A DNA stretch of 64,000 nucleotides from a virus (taxonomy: Duplodnaviria; Caudoviricetes): IMG/VR virus record IMGVR_UViG_3300022305_000561; one strand, 5' to 3'. The notes under the pieces are model-generated. The model had not been told where the DNA came from. It did no database searches and was given only the letters and a program-made list of their open reading frames with translations. This document shows, in pieces, positions 1-10,291 of the stretch. A program made the position numbers and the translations under genes. Each line of letters starts with the position of its first letter. The stretch's first letter is position 1.

Positions 1-836
1 CCCCTAATATATCCTTCAGGAATAAATTCTCCATCCAAAATATACAAATTTGAGTCGCCATTATTATACCACTTCATTTTTTTACTTCTATCTGATGCTG
101 ATTTTTTCCATTCAGCTGAGTGTGTTTTGCCAAACATTCCATTTTTTTCACCAAACAATCTATTATCACAATCTTCTAATCTTTTTTTATGTGATAATGA
201 AGATTTATTTTTTGATTCTTCGGATTGCTTTTTGCCATACATAGGATTATTTTGGCCACTTTTATCATATGTTGGCATTTTCACTATACCATCAGCTAAA
301 AGTCTTAATCTAGTTTTTGACATTTTTTCTTTAGAAATTTCTTGTATAGTAACCCCATTTTTAAAATTTGGATTTTCTAAAATAAAGTCATTTACTTTAT
401 TTGTTTTTACTTTGATATTTTTATTACCGTCAGTGAACCATTTAAATGAACCTTTCATAGCGGATCGCAAAGAATTTTTGTGTTCTTCAGTCTTAGGAAT
501 ACCCTTTGTTGCGGCGGATATTTTTGCACCACGACCTTTTGGTCCTATAGAACCTATGTAAGTTCCGTCATATCTATTTAACCAATCAATAGAAGATTTA
601 GTACGAAGTCTAACTAAAACTTTATGTTCCCATTTTAACGCACTAACTCTATCAATAAATATTTTTCTAATTTCAATGATATCTGGTTCACCATATTCTT
701 TTCTGTGTGCTTTTACATACTTAGAACTTGTAAAATATTTTATCCACAAATCTTCTGTCGGATTAATTTTAGTTCCTCTAACTCCATAATAATGTTTATT
801 TGTTTTTGTCCATGCAATATGGTATGTGTAATACAT
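1..836 (-). CDS. GIY-YIG-family (Seg-like) homing endonuclease, runs off the window edge
   Basis: Not in the ORF track. ATG at 836 after AGGATAG; translates MYYTYHIAWTKTNKHYYGVR..YFTSSKYVK..EIRKIF..ALKWEHKVL..WLN, then NUMOD3-like KGIPKTEEHK. Late promoter TATAAATA at 865-872 (-). Confidence 0.8.
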   Translation of the reverse strand, partial: MYYTYHIAWTKTNKHYYGVRGTKINPTEDLWIKYFTSSKYVKAHRKEYGEPDIIEIRKIFIDRVSALKWEHKVLVRLRTKSSIDWLNRYDGTYIGSIGPKGRGAKISAATKGIPKTEEHKNSLRSAMKGSFKWFTDGNKNIKVKTNKVNDFILENPNFKNGVTIQEISKEKMSKTRLRLLADGIVKMPTYDKSGQNNPMYGKKQSEESKNKSSLSHKKRLEDCDNRLFGEKNGMFGKTHSAEWKKSASDRSKKMKWYNNGDSNLYILDGEFIPEGYIR

Positions 837-883
837 TTGTCTATCCTAAGTTCTATAAATATAATATTTATACATTTTAAAAC

Positions 884-2182
884 TCAAGATATTACTGATG
901 ATATGTCCGCACAATCCTTATCTGGTCTTAAACATAAAAATATAGGTAAAAATAATGATTCTTCACCTTGAACATTCTTAATACGAGCATTATACTTTAC
1001 TGCAATAATTTTGTCAAGGTATTCAGAAGGAGCAGCATTACGTTGTTCATCGTTTAAACCTGAACCAACATATACTTTTACGACACCATCTGCAGATTCA
1101 CAGTACAATGAACCAATAGCATCAGCATACTTACCTGTACCAGCAATCACACCCATCACTTTCAAGTCTACGTCAAGCTCAGCCTTAAACTTGATTTGAC
1201 CCTTGGATCGTTTACTCTCCCATTTGGAAGACGAGTCCTTCAGGATGATTCCTTCCTTGCCTTTGTTGAGGTAGTTCTGGAATATCTCTTGAGCTTGTTC
1301 AATACTCAATACATCAAAGGTTTCCACTAATTCAATCCTAGAATATACTGCCTGTCTATCAATCAGATACTCTAATCTTTTGAGTCGATATCTGTAAGCT
1401 AAGTCACAATAGCCAGTAATGAAGTTTTCGTACGGAATCTGATCCCATAACACTACAAATACTCTATCTGCCTCTTCGCTTAATATTGTACCCTTTACAG
1501 CTTTGTTCAGGATACCATTACCTGTTTGCCTATCACAAACATCGCCGTTTGCATCAACAACTAACAACTCACCATCAAACACGATGTCTTTGCCATACGC
1601 CAATTTGATAAATTGCTCGCCAAGTTTACTTAGCCCAGCAATCTCTTTACCATTGCGACTACGGAACTCAACGACATCGCCTTTGACGATAATGTTTACT
1701 CGCATACCGTCACATTTTTCTTGAGCTAACGCTGGGAACTTGATCTTGTCAACCAACTTCTTGTCGAATGGTGAGCATAACATCACGGGATACTCATGGA
1801 TCAGTTTTGGCCAGACCTTGTTGACTGTTGAGGTTGATACACCACACTTCAGATCCTTGCCGATGATTCGTTCGATCACCTTGGCATCATTCTTGGATAT
1901 GGTGGAAAGAGTCAGTTTCAGTTGAGTGATTGCAGCATTCCCAGTCAGGGTTCTTGACGATAGTATTGAAAGGCTTTCCACCGCCTGCTGGAGCGTGGCG
2001 ATCGGTTCATCATATAAGGGAGTGTACTCTGGAATCTTGCGTTGATAGAACTGAGTGAATGGATCATTCGCCATTCGGCAGATTTCCTTCAGGAGTAGGT
2101 TGTCTTTGTGCTTGGCCAGCAACTCAATTTTGAAGTTTCTTGATGGATTTGCTTCAAGTTCTTGCAGTATGGATAGTATCAT
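884..2182 (-). CDS. 30: ATP-dependent DNA ligase (gp30)
   Basis: Adenylation motif EKCDGMR, FDGEL, EGIILK, IKFK, and a C-terminal LFLPIF..R.DK OB-fold. Confidence 0.95.
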   Translation of the reverse strand: MILSILQELEANPSRNFKIELLAKHKDNLLLKEICRMANDPFTQFYQRKIPEYTPLYDEPIATLQQAVESLSILSSRTLTGNAAITQLKLTLSTISKNDAKVIERIIGKDLKCGVSTSTVNKVWPKLIHEYPVMLCSPFDKKLVDKIKFPALAQEKCDGMRVNIIVKGDVVEFRSRNGKEIAGLSKLGEQFIKLAYGKDIVFDGELLVVDANGDVCDRQTGNGILNKAVKGTILSEEADRVFVVLWDQIPYENFITGYCDLAYRYRLKRLEYLIDRQAVYSRIELVETFDVLSIEQAQEIFQNYLNKGKEGIILKDSSSKWESKRSKGQIKFKAELDVDLKVMGVIAGTGKYADAIGSLYCESADGVVKVYVGSGLNDEQRNAAPSEYLDKIIAVKYNARIKNVQGEESLFLPIFLCLRPDKDCADISSVIS

Positions 2183-2199
2183 AGTGTATATTATCTCAA

Positions 2200-2412
2200 T
2201 TAAAACATTAAAGAAGGTTGTCTAGCAGGTAAATCTGCCTCGCAAGTAATTCTTTTTTTGTCAACCATGACATTATGCTTACCTGTAGCGTTCCACAGGG
2301 TTTCAAGTTTTAACATTTCATTATATGAAACATTAACATCAACAACAACATCTGCTCTTGGATAAACACCAACAGCCATTTTACCTACTACTCTCACATT
2401 ATACATTTTCAT
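2200..2412 (-). CDS. hypothetical early protein
   Basis: ORF downstream of a TTTACT-N17-TATAAT promoter; start uncertain. Confidence 0.5.
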   Translation of the reverse strand: MKMYNVRVVGKMAVGVYPRADVVVDVNVSYNEMLKLETLWNATGKHNVMVDKKRITCEADLPARQPSLMF

Positions 2413-2489
2413 ATTTCTCACTCAATTAATTAAGACTTATTATAAATCATCTAAATTCAAAAGTAAAGCATTTATTTAAAAATACTTGA

Positions 2490-2750
2490 CTATTTCTTCA
2501 ACTTTTCGATCTTGTTTTTCTTTGCAATATCGATAGCGAAACTGTTGATCATGCAAGTATCCACCATTATCTGAACCATTGCCAGAAAGTCACCAATCTC
2601 TTCCTCAAGATGTTCTCTATTAGTCTGGTCAGATTCGATGACAGGATTGACTGCTTCCCACCCGAATCGAAATACCTTGGAGACTGCTTGGACCACTTCA
2701 GCGGATTCCTCTTGTAGGATCAGCAGGATTTCTCTATCTTTATCGTTCAT
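2490..2750 (-). CDS. MazG-like nucleotide pyrophosphohydrolase
   Basis: EESAEVVQAVSK..LEEEIGD acidic MazG motifs; likely start MNDKD. Confidence 0.75.
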   Translation of the reverse strand: MNDKDREILLILQEESAEVVQAVSKVFRFGWEAVNPVIESDQTNREHLEEEIGDFLAMVQIMVDTCMINSFAIDIAKKNKIEKLKK

Positions 2751-2939
2751 ATTGATCTTTACAACTTCCTCTATCAAATCCTTATCCGTCTTTGCGTGTT
2801 TATCTCACACCATTTTCAGCATAATTCTGTTTATCTGAACCAACAAAAGGATATGCAGATACATTGGATATCCGACGAGTAACGATATCAACCTCCCTAC
2901 CACCACGATCTATGTATTTCTTTCCAACTTCTAATTTCA

Positions 2940-3149
2940 TCACTTAACCCCAAAATGTTTGTTGACTCTCTGTATGGCATTGTCTGCAACATCCCAATCA
3001 CATGAGTATGCTACTTCATCCTTGACGATTTGCATCGCTTCTTTGATGATCAGTTCAGCGAACTTTTTGATAGCATCTGGTTGAGGGTATCCTGCGTGTA
3101 TATGCAATCCTGCTTGGTCAAGCAGTCTGGCTAGTTCTCTATCATTCAT
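2940..3149 (-). CDS. hypothetical protein
   Basis: ORF overlapping its neighbours (ATGA-type coupling); KFAELII..HFGV pattern. Confidence 0.6.
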   Translation of the reverse strand: MNDRELARLLDQAGLHIHAGYPQPDAIKKFAELIIKEAMQIVKDEVAYSCDWDVADNAIQRVNKHFGVK

Positions 3150-3487
3150 ACAATCACCGAATATTCTGTGTAATCTTTTGATTCTTTGGTAACATCTTGG
3201 ACTTCAGATAGATACAAGCCTGAGAACTGAGTACCGAACACGATTTCTTTGGAGTTCTTTGTTAGGAAGTCAGCAGCAAACTCAAGGAATTGCATATCGT
3301 GGTTTTCAAGTACATAGAAGATTTCGATGCAACGTTCTAGGCGTTGAGATTCAGTTTCAAGGACATCTTCCGACAATGGAATCTTTTTGAATGATAGGAT
3401 AGAAGCAGCAACAATAGTTAATGCAGTTTCTACTTGTTTGATAGTTGGTTGAACTGCAGCGCTTACTTGGCTTTTTTGTAGTCTCAT
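3146..3487 (-). CDS. hypothetical early protein
   Basis: ORF with its own TTTACT/TACAAT promoter and GTGAGAA leader. Confidence 0.6.
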   Translation of the reverse strand: MRLQKSQVSAAVQPTIKQVETALTIVAASILSFKKIPLSEDVLETESQRLERCIEIFYVLENHDMQFLEFAADFLTKNSKEIVFGTQFSGLYLSEVQDVTKESKDYTEYSVIV

Positions 3488-3550
3488 AATATATTCTCAC
3501 TTTTATTTAATATAGGTTATTGTACCTTGATTAGTACAAGAAGTAAAGCT

Positions 3551-3829
3551 TTATTTTCCGTAAAATTCTTTCATTATTTCAAACCCTAAATCAGTAAACC
3601 CTACAACTGAATCCTCTCCAGTTCCTTCGTGGTAAACATATCCAGCATTTTTCAAACTAACAAAAGTTCCTTTGTCTTGAGCATTTTCAATAATCATTGA
3701 AGTCCAAACTAAGCTGTCCAATGGATAAGCATCTTCAATTAATCCTTTTGCGTTTCCGTTTCTAGCAGTGTATTCAGATTCAGCCATTTTTGACATTAGG
3801 TTAAATTGTAATTCAGTAGGTTTTTTCAT
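3551..3829 (-). CDS. hypothetical early protein, paralog of 51850-52125
   Basis: MKKPTELQFNL..AQDKGTF.SL.NA..V.H..G..S.VG.T..GFE..KEFY shared with the distal copy. Confidence 0.7.
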   Translation of the reverse strand: MKKPTELQFNLMSKMAESEYTARNGNAKGLIEDAYPLDSLVWTSMIIENAQDKGTFVSLKNAGYVYHEGTGEDSVVGFTDLGFEIMKEFYGK

Positions 3830-3896
3830 TTTCTTTCTCATTTATTTAAAGTATGAGTTATTATACCTATTAAAAAACAAGAAGTAAAGCTTTATT

Positions 3897-4343
3897 TTAA
3901 TTTATTTTTAAATCATTTAAGTATTTTGTTAGGTGTGAACGATTTATTCTGCACGAAATGATACCATTATACCATAGGATTGGGTCTTCAAGAACTTTAT
4001 GAACAAACTGCTCTCGTGCTTCCAGATAGGACAATGTACCTTTTGACTTACAATAGAAGAGTATTTCTCGGGTGAAATTTTCTTCACCTAACTCTGCTAC
4101 GTCACTTTGAAGAACAATTGAAGAACTCCAATAAGTCCTCCAATCTGATTCAATTTGAGTTTTAACTTTTTTCTTTCGTTTGATACCAGATTTCAACACA
4201 ACAGTTTTGATAGAAGACTTGGAGAAGTGTGATAATTTTTTTCCCAAATAACTTCTACCAGATGGAATACAGGTTATTTTATATACAAACCCAACACACT
4301 CAGGCAAGTTGAAAACTTCTTCATTCTTATAATACCAAACCAT
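3897..4343 (-). CDS. GIY-YIG nuclease
   Basis: GFVYKIT..GRSYLGKK..ESDWRTYWSS..FTREIL..YLEAREQF..YN. Confidence 0.8.
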   Translation of the reverse strand: MVWYYKNEEVFNLPECVGFVYKITCIPSGRSYLGKKLSHFSKSSIKTVVLKSGIKRKKKVKTQIESDWRTYWSSSIVLQSDVAELGEENFTREILFYCKSKGTLSYLEAREQFVHKVLEDPILWYNGIISCRINRSHLTKYLNDLKIN

Positions 4344-4362
4344 TTCTTGAACCTTTAATTTA

Positions 4363-4460
4363 TATAAATAGTAATAGGTGTTACTCGCGGATAGCCGTCC
4401 CAGTAACTCTAATCATTCTTACATTAATCAAGGACTAATATGACCAGCATAGATATGTAT
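4363..4460 (+). repeat. conserved endonuclease-leader module, copy A
   Basis: TATAAATA; hairpin GTTACT-CGC-GGA-tagccg-TCC-C-AGTAAC (4380-4407); TCTAATCATTCT; AAGGA; ATGACCAGC. Confidence 0.9.
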
Positions 4461-5264
4461 ACTAAAGCTCACGAGGAATTTTTAGTATTAAACTTCAAAT
4501 CAAATACCACATTTACCACTACGAAGGGTTCATTTTCTGGAATAAGAACAAAACATTTCACCGAAAATTATCATAAAGTCGAACACATTTGTAATAAGTA
4601 CCACATACAACTAAATTTAGACAATATCAGAGAAGTTTGTTGGAGATTAACCAACAACGACTTTTCAAAAAAATTATGCTCTCATTGTTTAACTGATACT
4701 GTTAATTTTAGAGATGATCACAAAATATGGTACAGATTTTGTTCTACATCTTGTTCAACTCAACATAGAGATAATTCTACTAGGAAGGGATTTGCTACTA
4801 TTGATGGCAGAATTAAAGCATTGGAAACAATACAAGATCGTTATGGGGTACAACATCAATCTCATATACCAGAAGTATTTGAAAAAACTCAGAATTCTAG
4901 ATACAAGACTTATTCGTTATTATCCCCATCTAATAAAGAGTGTAGAGTACAAGGATACGAAAGATTTGTAGTTCCTAAATTATGGGAAACGTATGGTGAA
5001 ATGGATGTTATAATTAATAAAAAAGAAATTCCTAAGATTTATTATTTCTACAATAGACGAAGGAAATATTATCCAGATGCATTTGTACGATCAACAAATA
5101 CTATTATAGAAGTTAAATCTACATATACTATAAAATGCGAATTATTGATACCCAAGATGGAATCTTGTATAAGTCTTGGGTATAACATTAAAGTATATCT
5201 ATATGATAAGGGTAAAACTAGAATATTATCATTAAATGATGTTAAGAATATGATTCTTAATTAA
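4440..5264 (+). CDS. putative homing endonuclease, PD-(D/E)xK type with Zn-finger
   Basis: CSHC..FCSTSCS; C-terminal YYPDAF..IIEVKS; oriented opposite to flanking genes. Confidence 0.75.
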   Translation: MTSIDMYTKAHEEFLVLNFKSNTTFTTTKGSFSGIRTKHFTENYHKVEHICNKYHIQLNLDNIREVCWRLTNNDFSKKLCSHCLTDTVNFRDDHKIWYRFCSTSCSTQHRDNSTRKGFATIDGRIKALETIQDRYGVQHQSHIPEVFEKTQNSRYKTYSLLSPSNKECRVQGYERFVVPKLWETYGEMDVIINKKEIPKIYYFYNRRRKYYPDAFVRSTNTIIEVKSTYTIKCELLIPKMESCISLGYNIKVYLYDKGKTRILSLNDVKNMILN

Positions 5265-5276
5265 CATACACCCAAC

Positions 5277-5426
5277 TCATTCTTCTATTTCAAATTCATC
5301 ATCCGTTAATAGAGGGGAACCGCAACAGGGGCAATGGCAGATTTCTTCAATAGATACATCAGAAGAACTTACTGAAATCATCCCTTGTGCATCACAAATA
5401 TCACAGTTAAATAGTTTTTTAATCAT
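5277..5426 (-). CDS. small Zn-ribbon protein (49 aa)
   Basis: MIKKLFNCDICDAQG..CHCPCCGSPL; RBS AAGGAAGG; below the ORF-track cutoff. Confidence 0.6.
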   Translation of the reverse strand: MIKKLFNCDICDAQGMISVSSSDVSIEEICHCPCCGSPLLTDDEFEIEE

Positions 5427-5438
5427 TTTCCTTCCTTG

Positions 5439-5858
5439 TTATTTTTTATCGCACCAAGATGCCTTTTTATCACCAAAGTAAGGTCTTGCATATCCCTTTT
5501 TGACCAATTCTTCAGATAAACTTTTACCGTCAAGTAATACATCACCTAACACACGTCCACCATACTTATCCCATTTTACTAATGAAACTTGTTGTTTTTT
5601 GCTATCAGCAACCATTTGTTTAGTGAACTTCGATGCTGCTTCACCTAATGTTGCTTCTTCAGGACACAATGCCCTAAAACCCTTTTCAGGAGTATCTACA
5701 CCCAATACGCGAATTGATAACACAGGTTTCAATGGCGCAGGTAAAAATGGTACTTGAAATTCTACTGTATCACCATCGATAACTCTTGTAATTGGGTAAT
5801 CATAAATTTCAGCAGATACTGAAGTTGATAACAATAATAACATTAATAATTTTTTCAT
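5439..5858 (-). CDS. thermonuclease (SNase-like) with signal peptide
   Basis: RVIDGDT, IRVLGVDTPE, DKYGGRVLG, LVKKGYA. Confidence 0.9.
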   Translation of the reverse strand: MKKLLMLLLLSTSVSAEIYDYPITRVIDGDTVEFQVPFLPAPLKPVLSIRVLGVDTPEKGFRALCPEEATLGEAASKFTKQMVADSKKQQVSLVKWDKYGGRVLGDVLLDGKSLSEELVKKGYARPYFGDKKASWCDKK

Positions 5859-5864
5859 ATTTTC

Positions 5865-6104
5865 CTATAAAGTTTGCCAACCAGATTCAGTTAATACCTG
5901 AACAGGTTCTGTTGTTTCTATCCACACTTTCGCACCACAAGATAGTGGTTTGTCTGGGCTATAAATGACCTTGCCGTTGATAAAGTCTGCCTCGTAACCA
6001 TATATATTATCTTTATATGTCTTACAAGTAATGACAGGTTTATTATCCCCTGTCTTACTATTTGACTTAATAATATGCTGGTTTATATGTACTATTCTTT
6101 TCAT
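5865..6104 (-). CDS. conserved phage hypothetical protein
   Basis: IHINQH..PVIT.K..YSPDKPLSCGAKVWIET. Confidence 0.65.
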   Translation of the reverse strand: MKRIVHINQHIIKSNSKTGDNKPVITCKTYKDNIYGYEADFINGKVIYSPDKPLSCGAKVWIETTEPVQVLTESGWQTL

Positions 6105-6106
6105 AT

Positions 6107-8809
6107 CTACCCGTGACAGGCAAGACAGGATTCTTTACTCACATTAACCCCAGACTCACTTCGTATATAGTAAAGACCTTTGATGTATGGGTCTAAGAAT
6201 GCAGTTTTGTGAACTTCAGATATATATTCTTCTGATTCATCTGAACTAAAGAACAAATTGATAGATTGACCTTGGTCAATGAACCGTTGCCTTGCAGATG
6301 CCAATCGTAATATAACTAACTGATTTATCTCAAAGGCAGTTTTGAATACCTCTTTTTCTTCATCAGTCAACCAATCAACGTGTTGAACAGAACCATTGTT
6401 TGCAATAATATCCTTTACAGTTTCTTCTGAGTATATATTCTTCTCTTTCATTATCTTTAGTAAAGAAGGATTAACTCTATCTACTTTACCTGCTGATGTA
6501 TTTTGCACATAAGCATTTTTGTAGATTGGTTCAATACCTTGAGAAACAGAACCACATATCAATGCAGAACTTAGGTTAGGGGCAATGGCGATTCTATGAG
6601 TATTTCTTAACCCGTAACCCTTACACCAAAATGGTTCACCTAGTTCTTGTGCCATCCACTGACTTGCTCTTAGAGTTTCTTCATGTAGATGTTTGAAGAT
6701 TTCAATGTTCTTATAGTGAGCATCCATTGATTCAAAAGAAATCATATGGTCTTGTAGATAAGTGTGAAAACCTAACATACCTAAACCTAATGCTCTGCTC
6801 TTCTCAGCAAACCGAACAACCTTTTCCATACCTTTTGTGCCTTTGCCAATCTCAATCAAGTCTTGGTTAACGCAATCTAGGAATACTGTAGCCACAAACA
6901 CCGCATCAGTATCTTTCCATTCATCATATAGACTTGCATTCATTGAAGATAACACACAAGAAAATGTATGGTCTTCATCCGAAGTTAAATGAATCTCATT
7001 GCAATTATGTACCAATATTCCAGAACATTGTAAATACTCTGAATCTTGTGACGAGGTTATTATATTGAAATTATGGTTATCTTCAACTGTTAGATCATAT
7101 ACAGATTCAACCCCTTCAAAAATAATGTCCGTTACATATAGAGACTTTACCGAATACACATCTTTCTTTTCTGGTATCACATAGTCATTTCTGATATATT
7201 CTTCAGGAACTATATCATTAACAACCATATACCTAAGATTCTCTATAGAACCACCAAATCTATTTTTAGAAAAACTCTTAGGCATTCTAGAGTCTAATTT
7301 CATTAAGTTTCCTATCGAAATCCTAGCACCAATTTCGTATAAAGATTTAGCGTATTCAAAAATATCTAAATTAGTTAAACCTAAATATCTACCGTTGGCT
7401 GTTAGGGTTGACGCAGAACTCTTATTTTTGGAATATGCATCAACATCAAATACTTTATAACATGCATTATTAATGCCAGAAAATTCCTCACCAGTCTTTA
7501 GACGATGTTCATTCTTTTCCAATACTTGTAGATTATCTATACCATCATAAGCAATATTTTCTATATGATCTATATGATATCCATTAGGAACCTCTCCCTT
7601 AGTATATTTCCATATCAATGAATGTTGTTTAGCATGTCCATTCGTTGTTGAGTTTATATGTCTATATTTTCTAGTGTCACCCAAAGAAGTAAAAAATGTT
7701 TGTAATTCTTTTCCTGCTGATAATGATGCTTCAATATAGCCGCCAGCTTTTAGAGCAATTTTATGTTCTGGAGTACTTTTAAAAGTAGATCCATCCGATA
7801 GAACTACTCGAATAACTTGATATTCTCCTGTTTTAAATGCAATAGCAGATTTTATTTCATTTACCCAAATTCCCTTATTCTCATTCCATCTAGATGAATA
7901 TACAGGAAATTTATATTTGCCTTCAGATTCATATGCTAAATGTGCAATTGAAACTGCATTTCTACCATCTGCCACAGCAACCATCGTATCAGCAGAAAAG
8001 CAAAGATTACTTGCCTTAACGGTAAAGTTTTTATCCTTATATATTTGAGGACTTTGTCTATTAATTTTATCAATGAAGTTGAAATATCCCTTACCTGTAA
8101 TCATCTTTAGCTTTAATGCTTTTTGATATCTAAGAATAGCATCAGCATCTTCTGCTTCTAATCTAGCAATAAACGCATCGGTTATATTCCAACCTATATT
8201 AGCATCGTCTGGGGATTTGCTAATGTGATTCACAAGCTCAAAAAAATCATCATGATCTATTTCAATGTAACCTGCCCAAGCACCACGTCTTTGAGATCCT
8301 TGACTGATGTCTCTTGCCATTTGAACAAAGTCTTTGAATACAGGTAATACGCCTGAAGCTCCGCCTTTGATACCATTTATCTTAGATCCTCTAGGTCTAA
8401 TAGATCCTAAATAACTTGAAGTTCCAAATCCATTTTTACTTAATATTGCTGCTTCTTTTTGAGCATCATAGAAAGAGTATACAGAGTCTTCTACTACTCC
8501 ACCTGAACAACTTACAGGACAACCTTTACCTGTACCCATATTAGATAACACAGGAGTAGATGCAGCCAAGTAACCTTTCCAAAACAACTCAAAGAACTTA
8601 GCTTCCCAATAGAAAGGCTCGTTTGTATATTGTGATGCATGTCTAGCAATTCTTGAGTATACTGTCTTTAAATCAGGGTATTGAGCTGAAAGATAGTTTT
8701 CCTTGAGCATTTGATATGCTGCAGTTGTAACCCAAGATGGAAGTTTACCTTCTTCTTGAAGTTGTTTGCGTTCTTCGCCAAGTTCATCGTAAATGCTTAA
8801 CTCTACCAT
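6107..8809 (-). CDS. nrdA: class I ribonucleotide reductase alpha subunit, intein-containing
   Basis: TPVLSN, VSC, SQGSQRRGA, SNL[intein]CNEI, AIAPN, DQGQSINL, C-terminal CLACHG. Confidence 0.95.
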   Translation of the reverse strand: MVELSIYDELGEERKQLQEEGKLPSWVTTAAYQMLKENYLSAQYPDLKTVYSRIARHASQYTNEPFYWEAKFFELFWKGYLAASTPVLSNMGTGKGCPVSCSGGVVEDSVYSFYDAQKEAAILSKNGFGTSSYLGSIRPRGSKINGIKGGASGVLPVFKDFVQMARDISQGSQRRGAWAGYIEIDHDDFFELVNHISKSPDDANIGWNITDAFIARLEAEDADAILRYQKALKLKMITGKGYFNFIDKINRQSPQIYKDKNFTVKASNLCFSADTMVAVADGRNAVSIAHLAYESEGKYKFPVYSSRWNENKGIWVNEIKSAIAFKTGEYQVIRVVLSDGSTFKSTPEHKIALKAGGYIEASLSAGKELQTFFTSLGDTRKYRHINSTTNGHAKQHSLIWKYTKGEVPNGYHIDHIENIAYDGIDNLQVLEKNEHRLKTGEEFSGINNACYKVFDVDAYSKNKSSASTLTANGRYLGLTNLDIFEYAKSLYEIGARISIGNLMKLDSRMPKSFSKNRFGGSIENLRYMVVNDIVPEEYIRNDYVIPEKKDVYSVKSLYVTDIIFEGVESVYDLTVEDNHNFNIITSSQDSEYLQCSGILVHNCNEIHLTSDEDHTFSCVLSSMNASLYDEWKDTDAVFVATVFLDCVNQDLIEIGKGTKGMEKVVRFAEKSRALGLGMLGFHTYLQDHMISFESMDAHYKNIEIFKHLHEETLRASQWMAQELGEPFWCKGYGLRNTHRIAIAPNLSSALICGSVSQGIEPIYKNAYVQNTSAGKVDRVNPSLLKIMKEKNIYSEETVKDIIANNGSVQHVDWLTDEEKEVFKTAFEINQLVILRLASARQRFIDQGQSINLFFSSDESEEYISEVHKTAFLDPYIKGLYYIRSESGVNVSKESCLACHG
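7004..8002 (-). mobile_element. contiguous intein (333 aa) with HNH-type endonuclease in nrdA
   Basis: Starts CFSADT, has block B TPEHKI and internal HIDHI..NLQVL..EH, ends VYDLTVEDNHNF..ILVHN/C. Confidence 0.92.
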
Positions 8810-8840
8810 TATATTTCCTCAATTAAATTTGTATAAACCA

Positions 8841-9833
8841 CTACCAGATAAATTTATTCTCTGACCACGCCCGATTATAATCTGAGCCAACAGCGTTGAA
8901 AAAATCGTGCAAGGTAGAACTTTCAATGTCTTTGTAGAACCATTTTGCTATAGGGTTATAGGATGGTTTAAAGATACTTTTGAACCCTAGATTTTCAAGA
9001 CAAATGTCTAATCTCGATTCTACAAAATGTTTCAGTTGATTTTCTGTAATACCTTTAATATGACCCTTTTCAAATATCTTATCAATGATGATTGATTCGT
9101 GTTCAAGGATAACTCTTGCGGTATCTTCAAGTTCTCTAGTCAATTCCTCAAGAAATATAGTTGTTACCTGACCATCAGCAATTGCTTCTTCTAATGTCGT
9201 TTTAAACAACCAAGCACCAGCTTGGCTATGTAGAGCTTCATCAATAGCAGAGAAGTTAATTCCTGCGTTGACATTTATCAGTTTATTTTTACCTGCAGAA
9301 TTAAAGTGTTTCAGAAAGGCAAAACTTGAATATAGAATAGCCCCTTCAATCATGGAGAATATCCCCACTGATTTCAGAATATCATATACAGTATCTCGTT
9401 TCTCAGTTCTCTTTCCAATCCAAGCCATACGGTTAGACAAAACCTCATCTTCCTTATAACTGTTGTAGAACTCTTCGTTGTCTAAACCAAGAACTTCATT
9501 AATCTTGTTATAGAATGGAGCATGAACTCCTAACTCCATAAATGAAAAGGTTGCCGCCATTCTTTGAATATCTGGCCTTGGAAATACTGTTGAGATGTAG
9601 TTTTGCCAGTAATCATTACCAACATTCAACTCATATAAAGTAAACAATTTCAGGGTTGATATAACACCATGATACTCTGATTCAGTACAATTTGTTCTCA
9701 ATCCATGAAGGTCTTTTTCAACCTCAATTTCCTCAGGAAACCAAATGATTTCTGCTTGTTGTTTTGCAAATTCAATTGCAACGGGATAGTCCACAATGTA
9801 TTCGCTTTTCGGAGTCAAAATCCGTATAGTCAT
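8841..9833 (-). CDS. nrdB: ribonucleotide reductase beta subunit
   Basis: W.PEEI, MELGVH..FY, EGAILYSSF, DEALH di-iron ligands. Confidence 0.93.
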   Translation of the reverse strand: MTIRILTPKSEYIVDYPVAIEFAKQQAEIIWFPEEIEVEKDLHGLRTNCTESEYHGVISTLKLFTLYELNVGNDYWQNYISTVFPRPDIQRMAATFSFMELGVHAPFYNKINEVLGLDNEEFYNSYKEDEVLSNRMAWIGKRTEKRDTVYDILKSVGIFSMIEGAILYSSFAFLKHFNSAGKNKLINVNAGINFSAIDEALHSQAGAWLFKTTLEEAIADGQVTTIFLEELTRELEDTARVILEHESIIIDKIFEKGHIKGITENQLKHFVESRLDICLENLGFKSIFKPSYNPIAKWFYKDIESSTLHDFFNAVGSDYNRAWSENKFIW

Positions 9834-9868
9834 AATAAGTCCTTATAGTTTAGTGTACATTATGTATA

Positions 9869-10291
9869 TTAGATATCTGAAGCAACTCTGTTCTCAGAAC
9901 TATAAGCATTAAACTTGCCACCAGGATACCTAGCTTCAAGTTTGCGTACATTCTCAGCAAACATTTCGTTAGGATCAACACCTAATGCGCGGCAAGCATT
10001 AATTAGATACCAACATATATCACCTAACTCGCGATACATGTGGAAATGGTTCTCGTCGTTGTATGGTTTACCTTGGAATACAATCTTCTTTACAATCTCT
10101 GTAAACTCACCAGACTCAGCAGATAACCCAAATGCGGCAGTCATTAGTAATGATATATTGCAATCATGTTGTTGTAGACTGTTTAATCTACTAATGAAGT
10201 CATCATGGTTATTAGATTCTTTAGATGTCACTTCTTTTACGAAATCGGAATATTTGTATAAATCAATTTGTTGCATTATATTTTTCTCCAC
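9869..10291 (-). CDS. MazG-like pyrophosphatase
   Basis: GLSAESGEFTEIVKK..ELGDICWY..NVRKLEARYP. Confidence 0.88.
   Translation of the reverse strand: MEKNIMQQIDLYKYSDFVKEVTSKESNNHDDFISRLNSLQQHDCNISLLMTAAFGLSAESGEFTEIVKKIVFQGKPYNDENHFHMYRELGDICWYLINACRALGVDPNEMFAENVRKLEARYPGGKFNAYSSENRVASDI

Noticed and set aside
4380-4407. Leader hairpin as an integron attC site (GTT/AAC ends, bulged bases)
   Set aside because: The order is GTT..AAC, not RYYYAAC..GTTRRRY. Copy C lacks GTT/AAC entirely, and there is no integrase in the window.
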